From NCBI GenBank assembly GCA_030587475.2, contig JAUQYZ020000079.1, positions 1 to 12,138 of the forward strand: a DNA stretch of 12,138 nucleotides, written 5' to 3'. The notes below the pieces were generated by a model, which did no database searches, had not been told where the DNA came from, and saw only the letters and a list, made by a program, of their open reading frames with translations. Of the stretch, positions 1 to 6,359 are shown in pieces. Every line of letters begins with the position of its first letter. Positions within the stretch are counted from its first letter, which is position 1. Made by a program: the position numbers and the translations under genes. Source of the DNA: Candidatus Sigynarchaeum calidifontis. Its GTDB lineage: Archaea; Asgardarchaeota; Lokiarchaeia; Sigyniarchaeales; Sigyniarchaeaceae.

Positions 1-45
1 GAGGCGGCCCATGCCTTCCCGGGCGTGTATCTCGAACGTTGCCAT
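1..45 (-). CDS. 5' fragment of a probable tRNA-guanine transglycosylase family protein (archaeosine TgtA or ArcS type); runs off the window edge
   Basis: ATG at 45-43 reads MATFEIHAREGMGRL to the edge, matching the TGT-family N-terminal pattern F-E-I-x3-(D/E)-G-x-(G/A)-R-x-G. Not in the ORF track. Only 15 codons are visible. Confidence 0.55.
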   Translation of the reverse strand, partial: MATFEIHAREGMGRL

Positions 46-75
46 GTCAAGACATGGTGGCGCCGCCGTGCTTTA

Positions 76-843
76 TCAATGGCGCGGTCGGGCCGCGCGC
101 GCCGACAACCAGCGCTTGAACGGCGGGAGGGCCGAAGACAGCCCGGAAGCGACTTTCTTGGCGCAGCCCGCGACGGCACGCTGTAGCTTGTACCCCGGTA
201 TCTTGAGGGTGGATAGCGTCTCGGCGGCGCAAGGTACGACCCGCTTGGCCTTGAATGCCATGGTAAGGTCGTCCAGCTTCGTAGACGCGGCGTCAATGCG
301 TGTCCACGCGAGCCCGATCTCGGCTGCCCAGTGCGCGTCGCTTCCAGCCGTTGCCGCAAGGTGTAAACCGCATGCATAGCGTAATGCGATAGCATTTCCA
401 CCCGGCGAGTAATTGCGGGCATTGAACGCCTCCAAACCATGAATTCGGCCCAATAACTTGGCGAGATCCTTGGATCGCTCGCGCGTGAACAGGTGCATCC
501 AGTTCCCGCGGATGTAATCGAAGGGGTGGGAAAGCACGGCGATGGCGTCTTGCGCACGGATGGCATCAAGTACAGAACCGGGATCGCCCGGCAATATCCG
601 TTCTGACAAAAAAAAGCAGAGAATCTCCGGCCCCTTGTCGACCCGCACCTCCTCGCCGGGAATGGCTATCAAGCCCTCATCGGACAGTAGCCGCGACAAC
701 CGGGCCACGTTACCCGTCGTGTCGTGGTCGGTTATGGCGATGCCATCCAGCCCACGCCGCTTGACCAGCCTCGCCGTGGCTGCGACCGGCGGGATGGAAC
801 CATCTTTCGAAAGCATCGTGTGGCAGTGGAGGTCGACCTTCAT
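76..843 (-). CDS. PHP-domain metal-dependent phosphoesterase (255 aa)
   Basis: PHP motifs: DLHCHT..S.DG, GLDGIAITDHD, IPGEEV, LSHPF, LEAFNAR, AGSDAH. Confidence 0.92.
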   Translation of the reverse strand: MKVDLHCHTMLSKDGSIPPVAATARLVKRRGLDGIAITDHDTTGNVARLSRLLSDEGLIAIPGEEVRVDKGPEILCFFLSERILPGDPGSVLDAIRAQDAIAVLSHPFDYIRGNWMHLFTRERSKDLAKLLGRIHGLEAFNARNYSPGGNAIALRYACGLHLAATAGSDAHWAAEIGLAWTRIDAASTKLDDLTMAFKAKRVVPCAAETLSTLKIPGYKLQRAVAGCAKKVASGLSSALPPFKRWLSARAARPRH

Positions 844-997
844 TGGCGTCCAAGGGACTCAAGTGCTCCGACTCATTTAGTTCTTGTTCTCTGCGAGGCA
901 CGTTCTCGCTATTTTATCCGCACAAAAGGCGGTAACTCGCCATTGTTTAATACGACGGGGCACTCGAGTACTCAATTGGAATACGCTCGTGATTGTC

Positions 998-1720
998 ATG
1001 GGACGTCATATCCTCCAGCAAAGGGCCGGCCGCGGTGGCTTTCCGTTCCGGGCACCAACCCACAAGCGCCTCGGGGCGGTCACGTACATGCCACTGGTGA
1101 GCAATCCGCCTACTTTATCCGGCGAGATCATCGATTTTTGCCACGAACCCGGCCGCGGCTGCCCCCTCGCCGTCCTCCGATGGGAAGACGGGAAAAAAGA
1201 GCTATACCTTCCCGCCGAGAGCCAGTTCATCGGCGACAAGATCCAGTACGGTCCCGGTGCCGAGGTGCAAGTCGGCAATATCAAGCGACTGGGCGACGTC
1301 CCCGACGGCACCTACGTCTTCAACGTCGAGCTGAAACCCGGCGATGGCGGCAAAGTTGCCAGGGCGTCAGGCTTGTCAGCGCTTGTGCTCGAGCATGGCG
1401 AAAAAGGAGTTCTTATCCAGATGCCATCGGGCAAGAAGCACGTGCTCCACCCGAACTGCAGGGCAACCATCGGCGTCGTGTGCGGTGGTGGCCGCACCGA
1501 GAAACCGTTCGTGAAGGCAGGGAACAAATATTACTGGGTCAGGGCCAAGGGCCGGAAGTGGCCGCGCAGCCGTGGCATCGTCATGAACTGCAACTCGCAC
1601 CCTTATGGCGGCGGTGCGCACTGCGGGGCACACATGGCCAAGACAACGTCCAGGAACGCTCCACCAGGCCGGAAGGTCGGTCTCATCGCTGCACGGCGCA
1701 CTGGTTTGCGCAAGAAGTAA
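998..1720 (+). CDS. rpl2: 50S ribosomal protein uL2, archaeal type (240 aa)
   Basis: Start moved from the ORF-track 884 to ATG 998 (MGRHILQQRAGRGG). Conserved segments HEPGRGCPLA, NVELKPGDGGKVARASG, RATIGVVCGGGRTEKPFVKAG, WPRSRG..MN...HPYGGG, SRNAPPGRKVGLIAARRTG. Confidence 0.97.
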   Translation: MGRHILQQRAGRGGFPFRAPTHKRLGAVTYMPLVSNPPTLSGEIIDFCHEPGRGCPLAVLRWEDGKKELYLPAESQFIGDKIQYGPGAEVQVGNIKRLGDVPDGTYVFNVELKPGDGGKVARASGLSALVLEHGEKGVLIQMPSGKKHVLHPNCRATIGVVCGGGRTEKPFVKAGNKYYWVRAKGRKWPRSRGIVMNCNSHPYGGGAHCGAHMAKTTSRNAPPGRKVGLIAARRTGLRKK

Positions 1721-1800
1721 GATCACACGTGCTCGCTGGCAGATACTGAGCGCGTGCTGGTTATCTCGTATTCCTTTTCATTCTCGTCGTTCATTCAAGT
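1721..1800 (+). terminator. Hairpin plus pyrimidine-rich tract between the convergent rpl2 and Zn-ribbon genes; putative terminator or 3' stability element
   Basis: CACGTGCTC (1726-1734) pairs with GAGCGCGTG (1748-1756) with one G-U pair, followed by a T/C-rich run including TTCCTTTTCATTCT. Confidence 0.4.
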
Positions 1801-2465
1801 CAGAGCAGTTCATACCTGGCTTCGACCCATGCCGCGAGCTGGAACTGCTCCGCCCGCTTGGCTAGGAACGACAAGAGCCACTTGGCATAGGTGGCCAGGA
1901 TGGTCGTCAAGATGGTCTTCTTGAAGAACACGAATCTCGATGATACATTTTCCCCATCCCGGTAAAAGCGTCGCACGAGGACGAAGTATGGCCGCTGGTT
2001 CCCCTTCCCGTCGATCGTGAACGACATGTTGGCGGCATCGACGACCGCTGGTTCGAGATCGGGATACCCATAGTCCCGCAAGTCGAGCACGATGAATCGC
2101 CTGCTCATTGCAGCCGTGTACAAGAACGCCTCGATAATACCTTGGATCCGAGTCCTCCCGGCGATGGCGACCGCCTGTCTGTTCGGGCAGTCGCGTGCCA
2201 TCGCATCCGGGGGGCATGTACACTTCCAAGCCCAATCCCCCGTGGCCACGCCCGCGTTCACGGCGTGCTTGCAAGGGGTACGGTTCGTGCTGCCCATGTT
2301 CTCGCAATCGAGGGTCATGTACCCGTGGCGCGTGATGTTGAGGTGTAGCATTCCACCGCAGCAGTTACACCTCGCCAGCAGCAACCCGTACCCGCCCGCC
2401 TTGTTGTAGGTGAAGCCGAGCCCGGCGGGAGCGTTGCCGGACAAGGTACGTTTCCCGTCGCTCAA
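1800..2465 (-). CDS. Hypothetical Cys-rich protein (221 aa) with an N-terminal topoisomerase-IA-like zinc ribbon and a probable second metal site
   Basis: TTG start at 2465 overlaps the upstream TGA stop (TTGA) and follows GGAGG. CNCCGGMLHLNITRHGYMTLDCEN..PCKH resembles the C4 Topo-IA ribbon CPxCGGxLxxRxGxxGxFxGCSNYPxCxF. A further CTC..C follows at residues 82-93. Confidence 0.75.
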   Translation of the reverse strand: MSDGKRTLSGNAPAGLGFTYNKAGGYGLLLARCNCCGGMLHLNITRHGYMTLDCENMGSTNRTPCKHAVNAGVATGDWAWKCTCPPDAMARDCPNRQAVAIAGRTRIQGIIEAFLYTAAMSRRFIVLDLRDYGYPDLEPAVVDAANMSFTIDGKGNQRPYFVLVRRFYRDGENVSSRFVFFKKTILTTILATYAKWLLSFLAKRAEQFQLAAWVEARYELL

Positions 2466-4186
2466 GTTCCTCCCTCCCCTTCCTTGCGAGGAATGGTGGC
2501 GAGTTCGAAATAGGGTATCTGGTCGCACCCCGAGTGGTCGGACGTGAGCACGACGTTGAACCTGGTGCTGACAAGAGCGTTCACGATGCGTTTAAATACG
2601 AGTATCGCGCCGCTGGTATCGATATCATTATCCTTGCAAAAGTCAAGACCGAGCAAGTGTGCGGCGACGAAATTGTCCTGGTTTTCTGCAAACACCCGAT
2701 CTAGTTCGTCCACGATCTTCATGTCCCTGTCCCACACGTTTTCCATCTTCACGGCAATTATCAAGTCGGCGCCACCGCAATAGTTATAGGCCGTGTACAG
2801 TCCGCCGATGTATTTCGTCTTGCATTGCCATCTTTGGCCATATGTCTTCAATAAATTCGAATTCTTGAACAGCAAGGCCATGCCTTCGTCGGTGTTCTTG
2901 CACGTGGTCGATAGTGACAAGGGCGCGGCCCCGGTGATGGCTTTCATGTCTTCAATGCTCGCGTTGTCGATGACGAGGAAAAGGACTGGCGGGGCAATTT
3001 CAAGCACCCGGCGTGGCACGTCCGCGTGCTTGGCAAGCAAAATTTCCTTGTCGGCGATCTCTTTTTCCTTTAGCTCTGGCTCCCGTCGTTTCTGCGCCGC
3101 GACGATCCTCTCCGCGAGTCCCCTTTCTTTCCCTTCCTGAAGCAAGAGTTCGATGGCGATATGCTCGTCCTCGGGAGTCATGAGCTTTCCCTTTCTCAAG
3201 TAGTCCCCGACGTTTGTCCGGGGGGCGCGTTCTTGCTGTTTTTCCCGGTAAATTGCCGTGATGGCAGCGCTTTTCCATTTTTCAAGCAGTGCAACGAACG
3301 GGGCCTCGTCAGAATGACCCGGCTCCCAGGATCCCTTCCATCCGGATGCGAGCGCCGTGGCGGCTTCAATCCTCCTCTCGGGCGGGAGAGCCTCCATCCC
3401 GTCCAGCGCGTCGATCGCGTCGCGAAGGGTATTTGCATCGACGGGAAGCGAGGGCGTGAGGCGCTTGTAGTGGAGGGAAAACGGTGCACGGATGATCGGG
3501 ATGGGATCGAGCGCGTTGTCGTCGACTGACACGCCAACGGCGTGCAATTCCTTTACCAAGCAATAGTGGTAAACGCTCCTGTCGAATATCGTGGAACCTC
3601 CCGTTTTCGGCAGCCCGACGTTCACGTGCAGCCCCCCGAGCGATGACAGCTTGATCTTGTACGCTACACCGAGCTTGGCAAGGGCTCCATCGAGCACGTG
3701 GAAGTCGCCTTCCAGGGTGTTCTCGCGGGAATCGAAATCGAGCATGATGGTCGAGCGATCCCAGATCATGTTGTGCTTGCACACGGCCTTCGAGCAGCCC
3801 GGGCAGTCGAAGCTCCTCGTGCCGACGCGGCAGTAACTCTTGCGGATGTTCGCGGCGAGTGCCGGGTTCGCGAACGACGGCGCGGTGAGGCACAAGTCGA
3901 ACGCGCGCCATGAATCCATAATACTGATCAAGTCGGCCGGCTTCGCGATCCCGGCAACGCATCGCCTTATGTATTCCGCGTTTTTTTTCTCCCTGGCATC
4001 GTGTCTCGTGATCTGGTAGTTTTTCGAGACAATCAGCTGCTGGAGGGCGACCATCTTCACGAGGGACTCGCTGAAGTAGTAGGGCGCGATCTTGTCCAGC
4101 ACTTTTCGATAATATTCAAGGGCGGGTTGGATGTGCTCCTCCATAACGACATTGGAAGGCATGACGCGTCCATCCGGGCGTTTCAT
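2462..4186 (-). CDS. AEP (PriS-like primase/polymerase) domain fused to a C-terminal alkaline-phosphatase-superfamily (NPP/PglZ-like) domain (574 aa)
   Basis: AEP motif I IMLDFD (D150/D152), motif II KLSSLGGLHV (H187), motif III VSVD (D222) followed by IIRAPFSLH. C-terminal VLFLVID (D407), TCKNT (T432), FVAAHLLGLD (D515), VVLTSDHS (D550/H551) and IPYF follow the order of AlkP-superfamily motifs. Confidence 0.8.
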   Translation of the reverse strand: MKRPDGRVMPSNVVMEEHIQPALEYYRKVLDKIAPYYFSESLVKMVALQQLIVSKNYQITRHDAREKKNAEYIRRCVAGIAKPADLISIMDSWRAFDLCLTAPSFANPALAANIRKSYCRVGTRSFDCPGCSKAVCKHNMIWDRSTIMLDFDSRENTLEGDFHVLDGALAKLGVAYKIKLSSLGGLHVNVGLPKTGGSTIFDRSVYHYCLVKELHAVGVSVDDNALDPIPIIRAPFSLHYKRLTPSLPVDANTLRDAIDALDGMEALPPERRIEAATALASGWKGSWEPGHSDEAPFVALLEKWKSAAITAIYREKQQERAPRTNVGDYLRKGKLMTPEDEHIAIELLLQEGKERGLAERIVAAQKRREPELKEKEIADKEILLAKHADVPRRVLEIAPPVLFLVIDNASIEDMKAITGAAPLSLSTTCKNTDEGMALLFKNSNLLKTYGQRWQCKTKYIGGLYTAYNYCGGADLIIAVKMENVWDRDMKIVDELDRVFAENQDNFVAAHLLGLDFCKDNDIDTSGAILVFKRIVNALVSTRFNVVLTSDHSGCDQIPYFELATIPRKEGEGGT

Positions 4187-4207
4187 GGGGTTAGCTGGGG
4201 TCGGTCG

Positions 4208-4215
4208 ATAAAAAA
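4208..4215 (-). promoter_or_regulatory. Putative archaeal TATA box for a leaderless transcript of the AEP-fusion operon
   Basis: A T-rich ...TTTTTTATC element on the minus strand lies about 22-29 nt upstream of ATG 4186. No SD motif precedes the ATG. Confidence 0.4.
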
Positions 4216-4322
4216 GATTTCATCAACCAGTCACCTTTTCCCGATTAATACCTCCAGCGCGCGCAAGCTTTGAATTACCGCGCCCCATTGAGTTGCATCT
4301 ACCGAGCCAAGGTTGACACCCA

Positions 4323-5591
4323 ATGGTCGAGAAAAAACCTGCGTTCCCGCTGTCAAAGGCACGGGTGCAAGAAATAATGCAGACGTACCCGACCCCGTGG
4401 CATATCTACGACGAGCGGGCCATCCGCGAAAACGCCAGGGCGCTGTACAAGGCGTTCTCGTGGGTTAAAGGATTCAAGAATCACTTCGCGGTCAAGGCGT
4501 TGCCGAATCCCTTCATCTTGAAGATATTGAAAACGGAGGGTATGGGCACGGACTGCTCGTCGCTGCCCGAGCTGCTGCTCTCGGAGAAGGCCGGCATCAC
4601 GGGCGAAGACATCATGTTCACGTCCAACGACACGCCGCCCGAAGAGTTCGTGAAAGCGAGGGAGCTCGGCGGCGTGATCAACCTGGACGACATCACGCAC
4701 ATCGAGGCGCTGGAAAAGAGCGCGGGCATTCCCGACCTGATATGCTTCCGCTACAACCCGGGCCCCTTGAAGCAAGGGAACGCGATCATCGGCAAGCCCG
4801 AGGAGGCGAAGTACGGCCTCACCCGCGAGCAATTGATCGAGGCTTACAAGATCGTGAAGCAGAAAGGTGCCAAGCGCTTCGGGCTGCATACCATGGTTGC
4901 CTCGAACGAGCTGAATCCCGATTATTTTGTCGAAACGGCGCGGATCTTGTTCGAACTCGTCGTCGAGGTCGACAAGAAATGCGGGGTGCGCATCGAGTTC
5001 GTGAACCTGGGCGGCGGCATCGGCATCCCCTACAAGCCCGAGCAAAAGCCCGTCGACCTGGAACGCGTGTCCAAGGGCATCAAGGCCGAGTACGACAAGA
5101 TCATCGTGAAGGCTGGACTCGACCCGCTGCGCATCGTGCTCGAGAGCGGGCGCATGGTGACCGGCCCATATGGCTGGCTCGTGACCACGGTCCGCCACAT
5201 CAAGCACACGTACCGGGATTACGTCGGCGTGGACGCGTGCATGGCGAATCTCATGCGTCCCGGCATGTACGGCGCCTATCATCACATCACGGTTCTCGGC
5301 AAGGAAAGCGCGCCCCTCACGCACAAGTACGACGTCACGGGGTCGCTATGCGAGAACAACGACAAGTTTGCCATCGAGCGCATGCTTCCCGAGATCGAAA
5401 AGGGCGACATCATCGCCATCCACGACACGGGCGCCCACGGCCATGCCATGGGGTTCAACTACAACGGCAAGCTCCGGTCAGCCGAGCTATTGCTGCGTCC
5501 GGATGGGTCAGTGGTGCAGATCCGCCGTGCCGAGACGCCGGACGATTATTTTGCCACGCTCGACTTCAAGGCACTGGCGCGGTTCAAGTGA
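4323..5591 (+). CDS. lysA: Diaminopimelate decarboxylase (422 aa)
   Basis: Fold-type III PLP decarboxylase motifs: PTPWHIYDE, FAVKA (PLP lysine), KYG, GLH, NLGGGIG, ESGR, RPGMYGAYH, GSLCENND, DTGAHGHAMGFNYN. Confidence 0.95.
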   Translation: MVEKKPAFPLSKARVQEIMQTYPTPWHIYDERAIRENARALYKAFSWVKGFKNHFAVKALPNPFILKILKTEGMGTDCSSLPELLLSEKAGITGEDIMFTSNDTPPEEFVKARELGGVINLDDITHIEALEKSAGIPDLICFRYNPGPLKQGNAIIGKPEEAKYGLTREQLIEAYKIVKQKGAKRFGLHTMVASNELNPDYFVETARILFELVVEVDKKCGVRIEFVNLGGGIGIPYKPEQKPVDLERVSKGIKAEYDKIIVKAGLDPLRIVLESGRMVTGPYGWLVTTVRHIKHTYRDYVGVDACMANLMRPGMYGAYHHITVLGKESAPLTHKYDVTGSLCENNDKFAIERMLPEIEKGDIIAIHDTGAHGHAMGFNYNGKLRSAELLLRPDGSVVQIRRAETPDDYFATLDFKALARFK

Positions 5592-5594
5592 TCC

Positions 5595-5601
5595 TTTTTT
5601 T
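5595..5601 (+). terminator. Oligo-T tract immediately after lysA; archaeal-type intrinsic terminator
   Basis: T7 run starting 4 nt after the lysA stop codon. Confidence 0.45.
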
Positions 5602-5707
5602 CCGCATCGGCTTTCGATGATACATTTTTAAGTGTGGCACGGGGACTTGGTGTTTTTTTCAGTGATGGTGTTACGATCGTTCAAGACACGCGGCGAAAAA
5701 AATCGAT

Positions 5708-6034
5708 GAGCGCTGCGGCCATCCCGCGTACAAGGGTGAATTGTTCGTGATTTACGTGTCCGACAAGTAACAGCGTCGTGGTATCGGTCGCCAGCTCGTG
5801 GGTGCGGTCGTGAATCATCTACGCGCGCTTGGATTGAACAGCATGATCACGTGGGCATTCGCCGACAATCCGTATGCAAGTTTTTACAAGAACCTTGGCG
5901 GGGCAATCGTGGACGAGAAAATGACGGAGGTAGGTGGTAAATTACTAAAAGAAATCGCTTTCGGATGTTATGATCTGTTAAGTTTTGATATAAAATCAAT
6001 AACCGCGAATCACGTTTCTGAAAGAGAAGAATAA
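5708..6034 (+). pseudogene. Degraded GNAT-family N-acetyltransferase (N-terminally truncated, internal stop)
   Basis: One frame reads ERCGHPAYKGELFVIYVSDK*QRRGIGRQLVGAVVNHLRALGLNSMITWAFADNPYASFYKNLGG. The acetyl-CoA motif QRRGIG and the N...FY..LG motif are present. In-frame TAA at 5768-5770; the frame is closed upstream by TGA at 5663 with no ATG in between. Confidence 0.8.
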
Positions 6035-6035
6035 A

Positions 6036-6108
6036 TGGACGTAGCGGGAATTGAACCCGCGGCCTCTTGAGTGCAAGTCAAGCGTTCTAACCACTGAACT
6101 ATACGCCC
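6036..6108 (-). tRNA. tRNA-Ala(UGC), no intron, CCA not encoded
   Basis: GGGCGTATAGTTCAGTGGTTAGAACGCTTGACTTGCACTCAAGAGGCCGCGGGTTCAATTCCCGCTACGTCCA folds as a cloverleaf with anticodon TGC. It has the G3:U70 alanine identity pair and discriminator A73. Confidence 0.96.
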
Positions 6109-6129
6109 ATTTATTATGGTTTGATATAA

Positions 6130-6204
6130 TGCTCTGCCCGGGATTCGAACCCGGGTTCCAGGGGTGAAAGCCCTGTATGCTGGACCTGGCTACATTAGCA
6201 GAGC
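6130..6204 (-). tRNA. tRNA-Glu(UUC), no intron, CCA not encoded
   Basis: GCTCTGCTAATGTAGCCAGGTCCAGCATACAGGGCTTTCACCCCTGGAACCCGGGTTCGAATCCCGGGCAGAGCA: acceptor stem GCTCTGC/GCAGAGC, anticodon stem CAGGG/CCCTG with TTC, T-loop TTCGAAT. Confidence 0.95.
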
Positions 6205-6359
6205 AAAAGCTTTTTCAAACCTCCACGATGACCATGGCGGTTTCTATTCCGGTTTCGGAGATCGGGGTGAAGGTGGAATGGAACAGATAGGATCTTGAAC
6301 GCGTCTTGTCTTTTAAAATTGAACGTGGATCCATACGAAGAAGCGACATCCGGGCGGCT

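Noticed and set aside
884-997. 38-codon N-terminal extension of uL2 given in the ORF track
   Set aside because: Similarity to archaeal uL2 begins at ATG 998 (MGRHILQQR). The extension covers the AT-rich divergent promoter region.
2466-2528. Upstream start at 2528 for the Zn-ribbon gene
   Set aside because: It would overlap the AEP gene by more than 60 nt. TTG 2465 has a GGAGG and a stop/start overlap.
2462-4186. Calling the AEP fusion a BREX PglZ, LigD, CAPP or the replicative PriS
   Set aside because: No brx/pgl genes, Ku, ligase, cas genes, CRISPR array or priL are present in the window, and the domain architecture matches none of these.
4353-5324. Long antisense or alternate-frame ORFs (e.g. 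4353-5324 minus, 4742-5620 plus, 724-1749 plus, 9654-10394 plus)
   Set aside because: They are shadows of well-supported genes in GC-rich DNA, with biased composition and no recognisable motifs.
5768-5770. In-frame stop in the GNAT as possible recoding (Sec or Pyl)
   Set aside because: The codon is TAA rather than TGA or TAG, and the gene is also truncated, so decay is the simpler explanation.
6036-6060. tRNA-Ala 3' end as the att site of an integrated element carrying the AEP unit
   Set aside because: I saw no duplicate of the tRNA 3' end and no integrase in the window. Housekeeping lysA lies between the tRNA and the AEP unit.
6205-6320. Possible ncRNA or long leader upstream of tRNA-Glu
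   Set aside because: I could not identify a convincing fold or family motif. TTTTAAAA near 6311-6318 may be a TATA box but is far from the tRNA.
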